Shown here piece after piece: positions 9,608-19,627 of a stretch of DNA of 64,000 bases. Position numbers and translations under genes: made by a program. The DNA is taken from NCBI GenBank assembly GCA_965237525.1, contig CBDEFO010000007.1:704001-768000 (forward strand), given 5' to 3'. The stretch's first letter is position 1. Each line of letters begins with the position of its first letter. Origin of the DNA: Candidatus Latescibacterota bacterium. Its GTDB lineage: Bacteria > Latescibacterota > CBDEFO01. The notes under the pieces are model-generated. The model ran no database searches, had not been told where the DNA came from, and saw only the letters and a list, made by a program, of their open reading frames with translations.

Positions 9608-10585
9608 ATGATCCTAGCTGGGGATGTAGGCGGTACGAAGGCACGGTTGGCGCTTTACCAACTGGAAGATGGGAAGCTTATGCGCCAGCAGATGGAAACG
9701 TTTGTAAGCCGTGACTTTGCCAGTTTAGAAGACATAATACGTACTTTTCTCTGCAAGAATTCGTGTTCCCCTGCGAAAGCCTGTTTTGGCGTTCCGGGTC
9801 CGGTTATGAAAGGGCATGCACAGGTAACGAACTTGCCCTGGCTTTTGGATGAAGCACGTATTGCCGCTGGTCTTTCTATTTCATCCTTTAAGTTACTCAA
9901 TGATCTTGTGGCAACTGCTATGGCGATACCCCTCCTTGCTCAGGATGATCTGGTCACTTTGCACAAAGGTGAGCCAGTAGATGAGGGAGCAACCTGTGCT
10001 GTGCTTGCTCCTGGTACCGGTCTTGGCATGGCCTTTTTGCATAACGACTCTGGCCGGTGCCGCGCCTTAGCATCTGAAGGAGGGCATGTGGACTTTGCTC
10101 CCACAACAGAGGTAGAAATCAAACTCCTCAAATATCTGAAAGCAAAATTTGGTCGCGTCAGCTATGAACGTGTGCTTTCCGGACCCGGGTTGGTTAATAT
10201 CTACAACTTTCTTAAGGAAAGCGGTTTTGCTCCTGAACCTCCGGAACTGGAAAAACGGCTTCAAAGGGAGGATCCTGCCGCTGTAATCTCTACTGCGGGC
10301 GAAGGCGGTCAGTATGAGCTTTGTGTGAAGGCACTGGATATTTTTGCTTCTATCCTGGGGTCCCAGGCCGGCAATATAGTACTGGCTACCCTGGCTACCG
10401 GCGGCATTTATCTCGGCGGTGGAATCCCGCCAAAAATATGTGAGAAGTTGCAGGATGGCACGACAGTGTCAGCTTACCTGAAGAAAGGACGGCTGTCAGA
10501 GTTAGTCAAAGCTACACCTTTGTATGTGATTCTCAATGACCATGCGGCACTTCTCGGGGCGGCATACTTCGCTTCGACGCTTTGA
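9608..10585 (+). CDS. glk: Glucokinase
   Basis: ILAGDVGGTK, VTNLPW, LNDL, GTGLG, SEGGH, ERVLSGPGL. Confidence 0.93.
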   Translation: MILAGDVGGTKARLALYQLEDGKLMRQQMETFVSRDFASLEDIIRTFLCKNSCSPAKACFGVPGPVMKGHAQVTNLPWLLDEARIAAGLSISSFKLLNDLVATAMAIPLLAQDDLVTLHKGEPVDEGATCAVLAPGTGLGMAFLHNDSGRCRALASEGGHVDFAPTTEVEIKLLKYLKAKFGRVSYERVLSGPGLVNIYNFLKESGFAPEPPELEKRLQREDPAAVISTAGEGGQYELCVKALDIFASILGSQAGNIVLATLATGGIYLGGGIPPKICEKLQDGTTVSAYLKKGRLSELVKATPLYVILNDHAALLGAAYFASTL

Positions 10586-10600
10586 CAGAGAAGGAGTTAG

Positions 10601-10850
10601 CCCGATTAATTCATAAACTTGGTGGAGTCATGGCGAGGAGCAAAGCGGTCCCCGATTGAGTCTATCGGGGAAGCAATCTCTAGGTTTTATAGTGGTGTCC
10701 CATGAGAGTCGGAGAGTATTACATCTATCACAGAATCGAGATTTCTTCGCCTTCGGCTCGCAATGACACCGAAGGTGGTTAAACGGCATAACTATAATAT
10801 AATACAATCCCTTAATTAATGCACGGCCTTTTTGTGTGAATTATTCGCGT
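10601..10850. mobile_element. MITE-like element B (250 bp), inverted homolog of element C
   Basis: Ends cccgattaattcat / tgaattattcgcgt, direct TTAG flanks (10597-10600, 10851-10854); body is the reverse complement of 23770..23998 plus an inserted palindrome. Confidence 0.85.
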
Positions 10851-10861
10851 TTAGGTAGAAA

Positions 10862-11536
10862 ATGCGTAAAATAACAAAATCCTCTTTGTGTCCGCTTCTG
10901 CGCCTGGTGTTTCTTGGCATGTGGCTTTTTAGTTGTCCATTGTGGGCACAGGAAAAAGCGATCAAGTCGCAATATCCCTTGATGTCGCCGAAACTCGGTG
11001 AACGCTGCATCGTCTGTGGAGTCCTGTTGACAGAAAACGACACAGTATTGATCGTTCGCGGCCGTCGGGTGCCATTAAAAAGAGCGATGGTCGATTCGTT
11101 CTTGAGTAATCAGGAAAAGTACTTTTCCCAAAAGCAGCCGAAAAGCGCCTTATTTCAGGAGGAACTTGATGTCCCGGTCGGTGTTGCACAAGGCGGAATC
11201 AGTTTGAGCTGGTTCCTCATCGGCCTCTACACGTTAGTCGGGCTCATTTTCGGCGGAATGAGCGGGTACACTGCGGTGTCAAAGGGTTTTTCACCGATCC
11301 CTCATTTTTTCATCGGTCTACTGTTCAACGTGTTCGGCTATCTGTACGTGTTGACGCGGAAAGCCACCGCCCAGAAAGGCGAGATACCAGCCGGGCTGGT
11401 CAAAGTACCGATAACGCATGCGCCAGTTCCCTGCTGGGAGTGCGGCAGGACCAATCACCCGTCAGCCAGACACTGCGCAGACTGCGGAGCCGAATTAGAG
11501 CCGAAAATAGAGTCAGAAGTAGATCGGACGTCCTAA
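10862..11536 (+). CDS. Membrane protein: signal peptide, YHS/TRASH-like CxxC domain, two TM helices, C-terminal zinc ribbon
   Basis: CIVCG...FLSNQEKYF; CWECG...CADCG. Confidence 0.65.
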   Translation: MRKITKSSLCPLLRLVFLGMWLFSCPLWAQEKAIKSQYPLMSPKLGERCIVCGVLLTENDTVLIVRGRRVPLKRAMVDSFLSNQEKYFSQKQPKSALFQEELDVPVGVAQGGISLSWFLIGLYTLVGLIFGGMSGYTAVSKGFSPIPHFFIGLLFNVFGYLYVLTRKATAQKGEIPAGLVKVPITHAPVPCWECGRTNHPSARHCADCGAELEPKIESEVDRTS

Positions 11537-11547
11537 ATAAACCAGTA

Positions 11548-11675
11548 TCATTGCGAGGCGGCGTGGGCACTGTGTGCGTTGCTGCCACCGTTTTTTGCAG
11601 GGGGCACGAAGTGAGAAGAAGCCACGAAGTGGGTGGGTGAAGCAATCCCCGATTGAATCTATCGGGGACAATCTC
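11548..11675. repeat. REP-like composite element with inserted palindrome at 11646..11668
   Basis: tcattgcgag ... gaagcaatc cccgattgaatctatcgggga caatctc. Confidence 0.7.
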
Positions 11676-11698
11676 AAATAAACTGAGGTTATACATTA

Positions 11699-14050
11699 AT
11701 GCCGAAAAAACGAGAGCAACTGTCTTTAGGAGATAAAATCAAAGATCAGATTGTCAAGATTCTTCACTCCGGAAGCAGCCAGAACGAGCGTCCCTATCTG
11801 AAGAAGCACAATGAGAGCAACGTTCCCGGATTGTATATAATCGGAGACCTTGCCGGCGCGCCGGTTATTAAATATGCCATGAAGCAAGGGTACGATATCA
11901 TAGAGGACATCGCTTCGTTGGCCGGCGCTATCGGTGGAGATGACCCTGATCTTTTCGACGCAGTTATCATTGGCGCTGGTGCGGCCGGTTTGAATGCGGC
12001 GCTGCAAGCCAGAGAGCGCGGCATGCGTTACCTCCTCCTTGAGAAAGAGAAGCTCGCCAACACCATTGAAAATTTCCCCGAAGGCAAATGGGTGTACGCG
12101 GAACCCGATAGCCAGCCGCCCCAAGGTAAGCTCTGGCTCGATGGCGCCAGTAAGGAGGATTTGATCAAGCGTTGGCAACAGATCGTCAATGACAATCAAC
12201 TCAACGTGCGAACAGCAGAAGGGGTGACCAGTTGTGAGAAAAAAGACGGCATCTTTCATGTCCAAACGTCCAAAGGGGTATATCGCTCCAAACGGGTCGT
12301 ATTGGCAACCGGACAGCGGGGGAACCCGCGCAAACTCAATGCGACCGGTGAGGATCGGGAGCAAGTTTACCACCGTCTCTACTCACCGCGCAAGTACAAA
12401 AATGAGAACATCCTTGTAGTTGGAGGCGGAAACAGCGCTGTCGAAGCGGCGATCACACTTAGCGAAAGAAACAAGGTCTATCTTTCCTACCGCGGCGGTG
12501 AATTTGCAAGGATCTTCAAGGACAACAGAGAAAAGCTCGATGAAAAGATCGCCACCAAAAAGATAGAGCCACTTTTAAACTCCAATGTGGTTGAATTCGG
12601 AGAAGATCAAGCCACGTTGAAGATGGATCGCGTCGGGTCCAAAGATACTCAAAAGGTCCCCTGCGACCACGCTTTTGTCTTAATTGGCGCCGAGGTGCCG
12701 CGTGATTTTCTCAAATCGATCGGCATCAAAATGGAAAACGAGTGGGAGGGGAGCATCCTGCGCTCCCTCGCTCTGGTACTCTTGGGCTTCATCGGGCTGT
12801 GGATTTTCGGAGTGCGGTTCGGTGGACATGCATCGCTTGCTGGGGTTGACCTGTCGTTTATTCCCGGGTGGATCGGCTTTCTGATCTGGGCGCTAGGACT
12901 TTATGGATTGATCCACTTTGGGAAAAAAGGTGACCGCTTCGCCTGGTTAGGGTTATCGTTCTTCGTCTGCTACACGGTCTACGGCGCCAAACTCGGTGCG
13001 GGTGAGGAGTTCTGGCCATACAGAGATTGGGGCTATAGATTCCTTTCATTCTTTGATCGACCCTGGTCATTTTGGTACACAGTCCTCTACACGACCTTAA
13101 TGACCGTCTTCGGCTTGGAGGCGCTCAAACGCTGGGGCCTCGACCGCAAGGACAAATTCCAAATCTGGCGCTACGTCAGTCTGATCAGCTTCCAGTTGAT
13201 CTTCTTCTTTCTCATACCCGAGTTCCTCTTTCAATATGCGGTCAAATACCAGTGGGTCGGCGAAAATTTAGCTAACGATCCGGTCTTTGCAGAGCAGGCA
13301 TGGCGCAGCTATGGCATCGTCTACGCCTGGCCGCTCTTTTTCTATACTTTTTTTTATAATCCGCATCAGATATGGGTGCTATGGGGCGTGTTTTTGACTT
13401 TTGTGATAATTCCGATTTTTGTCCTCTTTCATGGCAAACGCTATTGTTCGTGGATCTGCGGTTGCGGCGGACTGGCGGAGACATTTGGCGACCGCTGGCG
13501 ACACCTTGCGCCCAAGGGTAAAACCTCAATCAAGTGGGAGCGGATGATTCTGGTGGTGTTGATCTTCGCCGCTGTCGTCACTGTTCTGGTTTTGGTCAAA
13601 GATATTTACGGAGTCATCGCCGGATCTGCGGATTTAGGGATACGTATCTACCGCCTCTGTGCAGACGTCTGGCTGGTCGGGATCTTGCCGGTGACGCTTT
13701 ATCCGTTTATGGGTGGCAAAGTGTGGTGCCGCTACTGGTGCCCGCTGGCGAAATTGATGCATTTGCAATCGAATCTTTTCACCAAGCTCAAATGGAGCAA
13801 ATATAAAATCGTCGCTAACGACAAGTGCATCAGCTGCTACGAGTGCTCGCGCAATTGTGAGGTGGGCATCGACGTAATGAGCTTTGCTTTGAAGCAAGAA
13901 GAGCTGAACACCTTGAACAGCTCCTGCATCGGCTGTGGGATCTGCGTCAGCGTCTGCCCGATGGATGTCTTAAGTTTTGGCAAAGAGCCTGAAAAAGCAA
14001 ATTCTGGACTAGTGAAGTTGTTGAATACCCAAGGCGAGGTTGTCACTTAA
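11699..14050 (+). CDS. Thioredoxin-reductase-like FAD/NAD(P)H domain fused to NapH/polyferredoxin-like membrane 4Fe-4S domain
   Basis: IIGAGAAG, LATG, VVGGGNSAVE; multiple TM helices; YCSWICGCG, WCRYWCP, CISCYECSRNC, CIGCGICVSVCP. Confidence 0.85.
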   Translation: MPKKREQLSLGDKIKDQIVKILHSGSSQNERPYLKKHNESNVPGLYIIGDLAGAPVIKYAMKQGYDIIEDIASLAGAIGGDDPDLFDAVIIGAGAAGLNAALQARERGMRYLLLEKEKLANTIENFPEGKWVYAEPDSQPPQGKLWLDGASKEDLIKRWQQIVNDNQLNVRTAEGVTSCEKKDGIFHVQTSKGVYRSKRVVLATGQRGNPRKLNATGEDREQVYHRLYSPRKYKNENILVVGGGNSAVEAAITLSERNKVYLSYRGGEFARIFKDNREKLDEKIATKKIEPLLNSNVVEFGEDQATLKMDRVGSKDTQKVPCDHAFVLIGAEVPRDFLKSIGIKMENEWEGSILRSLALVLLGFIGLWIFGVRFGGHASLAGVDLSFIPGWIGFLIWALGLYGLIHFGKKGDRFAWLGLSFFVCYTVYGAKLGAGEEFWPYRDWGYRFLSFFDRPWSFWYTVLYTTLMTVFGLEALKRWGLDRKDKFQIWRYVSLISFQLIFFFLIPEFLFQYAVKYQWVGENLANDPVFAEQAWRSYGIVYAWPLFFYTFFYNPHQIWVLWGVFLTFVIIPIFVLFHGKRYCSWICGCGGLAETFGDRWRHLAPKGKTSIKWERMILVVLIFAAVVTVLVLVKDIYGVIAGSADLGIRIYRLCADVWLVGILPVTLYPFMGGKVWCRYWCPLAKLMHLQSNLFTKLKWSKYKIVANDKCISCYECSRNCEVGIDVMSFALKQEELNTLNSSCIGCGICVSVCPMDVLSFGKEPEKANSGLVKLLNTQGEVVT

Positions 14051-14063
14051 AATAGTAGACGGT

Positions 14064-14261
14064 GAGATTGGTTCTGGTTCTGCTTCGTGTCTCGTTCGGG
14101 GTCGAAACTCCTGACGGCGTCGGGGCTTGGCACCTCGCAATGACTAAGGGTAAAATCCAAGCAACGTCATTGCGAGTCCTCGATTGAGTCCCCGATTGAG
14201 TCTATTGCGGGGGGGGATCGGGGAAGCCCAGAGCGAAGCGAAGGGTCAGCGAAGTAATCTC
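14064..14261. repeat. REP-like composite element with doubly nested palindrome (14177..14224)
   Basis: gagattg...ctcgcaatgac ... gtcattgcgag tcctcgattgagtc cccgattgagtctat...atcgggga ... gaagtaatctc. Confidence 0.75.
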
Positions 14262-14354
14262 ACCTCGAAAGGAGACGCGAAGCGGAGTTCTGTGGTTGAA
14301 ACGGCTTTTGCAGGACTTCTTTCACCTAGCCACTGATATTAAAGGGAAACTACT

Positions 14355-15773
14355 ATGAACAAACAGGAATTCGGTTTGATAGGCCTGGGTGTTATGGGAC
14401 AAAACTTCGTGCTCAATGTTGAGCGAAACGGGTTTAGTGTGTCCGTTTACAACCGAACTCTTTCAAGGACGACCGCCTTTGTTGAGGACGAAGCAGTGGG
14501 GAAAAATATCCAGCCGAGCTACGCTCTGGAGGAATTTGTGGCGTCTTTGGAAAGACCGCGCCGCATCATGCTTCTGGTCAAAGCAGGAGCGCCTGTAGAT
14601 GCTACTATTGGTCAACTTGTGCCTCTATTAGACGAAAATGACCTGATTATAGACGGGGGCAACTCCTGTTTTCTGGATACGGGGCGGCGTGCAAAAGAGC
14701 TAGAGGCTTACGGGATCAACTTTTTGGGTATGGGAGTTTCAGGCGGAGAAGAAGGCGCCCTGTGGGGACCGAGCCTGATGCCCGGCGGCTCTCCTGAGGC
14801 TTACAGGAAAGTTGAACCGATTATGAAAGCTGTAGCCGCCCAGGCAGGGGAAGACAGGGAACCTTGTGTAACCTATATCGGACCGGGGGGTTCTGGGCAT
14901 TACGTAAAGATGATTCACAACGGCATCGAGTACGGCGATATGCAGCTTATAGCGGAGGCATATGATCTCCTCAAAGGCGCTTTAGATCTTTCAGCGCTGG
15001 AATTCCATCAGCTTTTCTCTGAATGGAATGAGTCAGGACTTTCCTCTTTTCTTATCGAAATCACTGCCAAAGTTTTCGAGAAGATAGATGGAGAGACTGG
15101 AAAGCCGTTAGTTGACGTTATCCTGGACAAGGCAGGTCAAAAGGGAACGGGAAGATGGACCAGCCAAAACGCCCTGGAGTTGGGAGCCGCAATACCCACA
15201 ATTACCGCCGCTGTGGACGGACGTATCCTATCGGCGCAAAAAGATGAACGCGTTGCGGCGGCTAAGATCTTAAAGGGTCCGTCGGGAAAATATAGCGGCT
15301 CCTCACAGGAGTTGATAGATTCGGTCAAAGATGCGCTCTATGCGGCTAAAATCTGCTCTTATGCCCAAGGGATGAGCCTGCTTAGAACAGCTTCAGGAGA
15401 ATACGAGTACAATCTGAACTTAGGCGCTATTGCGAAGATATGGCGCGCAGGCTGTATTATCAGAGCAAGGCTCCTTGATGACATCACGAACGCCTATCTT
15501 CGCAATGGGAATTTGCCCAACCTCCTCGTTGACGAAGAATTCCGAAAGGCGATCAACGCCCACCAGGGTGCCTTGCGTTTTTCGATTGGTAAAGCTGTAG
15601 CGTTAGGCGTCCCCGTTCCAGCTATGAGCGCTTCACTGGCTTATTATGATGCCTACCGCAGCGAACGACTGCCTGCTAACTTGATCCAAGCGCAGAGGGA
15701 TTTGTTCGGAGCCCACACCTTCCAGCGCATCGATAAGCCGGGCATTTATCATGCCGATTGGGATATGGAATAA
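14355..15773 (+). CDS. gndA: NADP-dependent 6-phosphogluconate dehydrogenase
   Basis: GLIGLGVMG, IIDGGN, GVSGGEEGA, KMIHNGIEYGDMQ, QKGTGRW, QAQRDLFGAHT. Confidence 0.96.
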   Translation: MNKQEFGLIGLGVMGQNFVLNVERNGFSVSVYNRTLSRTTAFVEDEAVGKNIQPSYALEEFVASLERPRRIMLLVKAGAPVDATIGQLVPLLDENDLIIDGGNSCFLDTGRRAKELEAYGINFLGMGVSGGEEGALWGPSLMPGGSPEAYRKVEPIMKAVAAQAGEDREPCVTYIGPGGSGHYVKMIHNGIEYGDMQLIAEAYDLLKGALDLSALEFHQLFSEWNESGLSSFLIEITAKVFEKIDGETGKPLVDVILDKAGQKGTGRWTSQNALELGAAIPTITAAVDGRILSAQKDERVAAAKILKGPSGKYSGSSQELIDSVKDALYAAKICSYAQGMSLLRTASGEYEYNLNLGAIAKIWRAGCIIRARLLDDITNAYLRNGNLPNLLVDEEFRKAINAHQGALRFSIGKAVALGVPVPAMSASLAYYDAYRSERLPANLIQAQRDLFGAHTFQRIDKPGIYHADWDME

Positions 15774-15828
15774 TCTCACAGCGGATAGGGTTCGCTAAGT
15801 AAGGACTCAAACTGACGAGGAGCATAAA

Positions 15829-17376
15829 ATGGATCGATCCACACCCACCGTTATCGTTATCTTCGGTGCGTCGGGGGATTTAACGAAACGAAAATTGATA
15901 CCGGCCCTTTTTCAATTAGCCCACGAGGGTCTGCTCCCAGAACATACTCAGATTGTAGGCTTTGCCCGGAGGCCGAAATCGCACGATCAGTTTCGGGCTG
16001 AAATGGAAGAGGCCGTGACGAATTTTTCCCGAGCTCGGTCCGCAAAAGGCTCAAAAGAGTGGTCTGACTTTGCCTTACGCCTTTACTACCACACAGCAAG
16101 CTTCGAAGATGCCCTTGGATTCGTCGGTCTAAAAGATTTACTTGGCCAGCTCGATAGAGATAAGGGGATTCCTCCCGACACTGGCAATCGCCTCTTCTAT
16201 CTTTCTACTTCTCCCGATGTCTTCCCTGATATCATGCCCATGCTGGAGGCAGCCGAACTCATCGCAGATCCATATGATGAGAGCCGCTGGACCCGCGTGA
16301 TTGTGGAAAAACCGTTCGGGCGAGATCTGGATTCGGCCCGTAGCTTGAACAGGGACATACTGTCGATATTAGACGAAGGCCAGGTTTACCGGATTGACCA
16401 CTATTTAGGCAAAGAGACGGTCCAAAATATTATGGCCTTCCGCTTCGGCAACAGCATCTTTGAGCCTCTGTGGAATCGCCGGTACGTCGATCATGTTCAA
16501 ATCACAGTGGCAGAGACCATGGGTGTAGAAGGGCGCGGCGGCTATTACGATCGTTCAGGGGCTCTGCGCGACGTGGTGCAAAATCACATGCTGCAGCTTT
16601 TGGCCCTGGTAGCCATGGAACCGCCTGCTTCCTTTGCGCCCGATGCTGTGCGAGGTGAAAAGGTGAAGGTTTTAAGCGCCCTGCGTCCCATTTTGCCAGA
16701 TGAGGTGGGTAAATATGCCATCCGCGGTCAATACACCACCGGATCTATTAATGGACGGGCGATCCCCGATTATCGCACGGAGTCGAATGTGGATCCTAAC
16801 TCTTCCACTGAAACCTACGTAGCCTTAAAGTTACATGTTGACAACTGGCGCTGGGCGGATGTCCCCTTTTACCTGCGCACTGGAAAAGCCCTGCCGGAGC
16901 GTGTCACTGAAATTACTATCCAGTTTAAACAGCCTCCGTTAGCCCTTTTTGGCCATGCCTACCACGACGGCCATAAAAAAGCTGATAAAATGCAGCCTAA
17001 CACCCTGCGTCTTCGGGTCCAGCCCGATGAGGGCATCAGCTTAAATTTCGGTCTGAAAATCCCCGGTCCACAAATGATTTTGCAACCCACCGATATGGAA
17101 TTTTACTATAACAAAGTCTTCGATGCCGAACCTCCTGAAGCCTATGAGCGTCTCATTCTGGACGCTATCTTGGGTGACAGCACCCTCTTTATCCGCCACG
17201 ATGAGGTAGAGGCCGCCTGGAAGCTAATTGACGGTGTCCTGGAAGGTTGGGCACAAGATAGCCCGCCCCCGATTTACCCTTATCGGGCCGGTAGCTGGGG
17301 TCCACACACGGCAGATGAGTTTATAGAAAAAGATGGCAGAAGGTGGGTAGCATTAACGATAGGCTGTGATACTTAA
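15829..17376 (+). CDS. zwf: Glucose-6-phosphate 1-dehydrogenase
   Basis: IFGASGDL, EKPFG, RIDHYLGKE, RTGK, AYERL. Confidence 0.96.
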   Translation: MDRSTPTVIVIFGASGDLTKRKLIPALFQLAHEGLLPEHTQIVGFARRPKSHDQFRAEMEEAVTNFSRARSAKGSKEWSDFALRLYYHTASFEDALGFVGLKDLLGQLDRDKGIPPDTGNRLFYLSTSPDVFPDIMPMLEAAELIADPYDESRWTRVIVEKPFGRDLDSARSLNRDILSILDEGQVYRIDHYLGKETVQNIMAFRFGNSIFEPLWNRRYVDHVQITVAETMGVEGRGGYYDRSGALRDVVQNHMLQLLALVAMEPPASFAPDAVRGEKVKVLSALRPILPDEVGKYAIRGQYTTGSINGRAIPDYRTESNVDPNSSTETYVALKLHVDNWRWADVPFYLRTGKALPERVTEITIQFKQPPLALFGHAYHDGHKKADKMQPNTLRLRVQPDEGISLNFGLKIPGPQMILQPTDMEFYYNKVFDAEPPEAYERLILDAILGDSTLFIRHDEVEAAWKLIDGVLEGWAQDSPPPIYPYRAGSWGPHTADEFIEKDGRRWVALTIGCDT

Positions 17377-17506
17377 AAACCTGCGTAACCTGTTGCCTGA
17401 GCACGCCATTGATCTGCAAATATAAACAAAAGGTTTGGCTGTTTAGCTTTCATCAGCTCCTTCTTTGTCCCTTCACATAGTAATCTATTCACCAGTTGCT
17501 GTTTCT

Positions 17507-18268
17507 TTAGTGAAGGGAGTGGTCAGGTGCACTTGCTCCTAAAGTAGTTGTGAGTAACTCACTTTTTTCTTCCGTTGGCAGATTTGAGGGAAAAATTTCT
17601 ACTTCATCAGTCCACCCATCAGTACCTTCACAATTAACAGACACTTCAACCTTAAAGGGTTCTAACTTCTTGCCTTCATCGAGAACCATTCTAATCCAAA
17701 TAGTTATAGGTTGTTGCTTATTCCTATTCCAATACAGCAAATTGCTATTGGAAAGTACACCTGTATCTCCAAACTCTAACCAATGAAGCTCCCTCTGGGA
17801 AGAAAACATATTAGAATTGAAGGTGAGTTCTGTGTAATGCCTTTGCCCTTCTTTCTTGTCTTTGGGATGTAGTTTCTTAAGGGGAAGTCTAAAAGTCAAA
17901 ACTGGCTTAACCCAATCGAAGTCTGAAGTATTAGTTATCTCAAATTCAACTTTACGGGAAGTAAAAGGATTAGGATGATCTTGGTAGACTCTTTTCAATG
18001 GTTCTGACAGCTCATCCTTAGGATGTTTATGAATTTCAGCCGAACTAATATGTGCTTTTACTTCCGCCTTCACCTTCTTCCTAGGAGGATCTGCTATAGC
18101 TAGGGCAACAATAACAGTAATCAATACTGCGAGCGTGCCTACAACTTGAACTACATTTCCAATATTAGAGGGTTTCTTCTTTGGTAAATCGTGAATCCAG
18201 AAACAAGATACCACACCCACAAAAACCAGAATCATTATGACGATCCAGTATCCCCACTTAATATTCAT
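17507..18268 (-). CDS. Hypothetical membrane protein (two N-terminal TM helices), AT-richer than neighbours
   Basis: 253-aa ORF with GGAGG RBS; no family recognised. Confidence 0.65.
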   Translation of the reverse strand: MNIKWGYWIVIMILVFVGVVSCFWIHDLPKKKPSNIGNVVQVVGTLAVLITVIVALAIADPPRKKVKAEVKAHISSAEIHKHPKDELSEPLKRVYQDHPNPFTSRKVEFEITNTSDFDWVKPVLTFRLPLKKLHPKDKKEGQRHYTELTFNSNMFSSQRELHWLEFGDTGVLSNSNLLYWNRNKQQPITIWIRMVLDEGKKLEPFKVEVSVNCEGTDGWTDEVEIFPSNLPTEEKSELLTTTLGASAPDHSLH

Positions 18269-18621
18269 ATTTTTCTAACCTCCTAGCATTTGCTCCATAT
18301 TTGATCGTAGTAACTCATTTTGATTCTCCCTATAATATACAAAAGTTCAGAGCAGTAGACAAGGATTTATGCCAGTTACCCACAAGTTCCTATGATTCCA
18401 TTGTTAAATCATAGCTTCCACAGAGAGAAACATATAAAACTCCTCGGTAAAAGTCGAGGTCTAATAGCCTCTGAACGAAACAAACGCACGTGATTTTCAT
18501 CCGATTATTTCTTAAAACACATTGACAAACAAAGACAGCAAAGATTATATTTTTGAACGGAATTGTATCGGCATCGAAGCCGTTGCGTATCTTCCTATCT
18601 TGTTTCCACCACGAGGAGAGG

Positions 18622-18975
18622 ATGGCCTCTAAAATCAGAATAGGGTTCATAGGATGTGGGGGCATATCGAACGGTCACGCAAAGAGGATCGCTCAGATTT
18701 AAGAAGGACAGATCCCGAGCTCTCGGGAAGAGGGCAGTTGAACGATTCGGGAAGCCATCTTCCGGATATAATCTTTTGGATGACAGATCTTGGCGTATCT
18801 GAGGTCTCTGCGTTCTGCGATGATTTAGGGACCCCTGTGGATATAAACACCCTTGTGTCGATGTAGTTTGAGAACGGAGCGCAGGGGAAATTACCATAGT
18901 AGGCGGCGCGCCGACGACGTACTTGGAGGACATAAGTATGATGAAAGTCTCCAATTATTAGGATTTGCACTAAAA
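18622..18975 (+). pseudogene. Gfo/Idh/MocA oxidoreductase remnant with large internal deletion
   Basis: RBS plus MASKIRIGFIGCGGISNGH then stop; jumps to RRTDPELSGRGQLNDSGSH...M*FENGAQG. Confidence 0.8.
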
Positions 18976-19072
18976 ATAGCTAGGGAAACAATGTTCAAAC
19001 CCCAGACAAAGGGGCGGGATTATTGTCAGAAGGAATTGAGTTCTGAAAGAGACAGAAAAGGGATCTGCACTT

Positions 19073-19372
19073 GTGGCTAATCTGGAGTCCATGATCGAAT
19101 TTGCCAGCGATAGTATTGTGAGCAAGACGGTTGCGGAACAGTCCTGCTGCAAGGTGGTGTTGTTCTGCATGTCGTCCCGACATACGCTGTCCGAGCACAC
19201 AGCGCGTTCCGCCGCCGCGATTCAGATCCTCCAGGGGAGAGGAAAGTTACAGCTGGGAGAAGAAAGCTGTTGTGCCGAGGCGGGCGTCTGGATATACATG
19301 CCTTCAAATTTGCCGCACGCTGTCCAGGCAGAAGAAGACCTCGTGTTTCTGCTCACGTTGTTCCAATTATAG
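19073..19372 (+). CDS. Cupin domain protein
   Basis: LSEHT...ILQGRG...MPSNLPHAV...FLLTL. Confidence 0.8.
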   Translation: MANLESMIEFASDSIVSKTVAEQSCCKVVLFCMSSRHTLSEHTARSAAAIQILQGRGKLQLGEESCCAEAGVWIYMPSNLPHAVQAEEDLVFLLTLFQL

Positions 19373-19442
19373 AAACGATTTACTTTCTCAAGACCGACTG
19401 TGCTCCCAGAGACGTGTGGACAGCATAACGGCAGCGGACAGC

Positions 19443-19580
19443 GAGATTGCTTCGGGGGATTTCATTCCCCTATCAATGCCTAAGTCAGAACCGAGGAATG
19501 ACAGAAGGCAAGAGCAGCCAGGGATTGAAGATCTCACAAGCAACGTCTTTGCGACCCCCCCCGATTGAATCTATCGGGGA
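19443..19580. repeat. REP-like composite element ending in the ccccgattgaatctatcgggga palindrome
   Basis: gagattgcttcg ... aatgac ... gtctttgcgacccc ccccgattgaatctatcgggga. Confidence 0.65.
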
Positions 19581-19627
19581 TGGCGTTGGGGGCTACTGTT
19601 TACTGGAGAAGGAAGAGGAGGGGTATT

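Noticed and set aside
18345..18360. 16-mer gttcagagcagtagac also present at 63161
   Set aside because: A single 16-bp match is near chance expectation in 64 kb and the flanks do not extend
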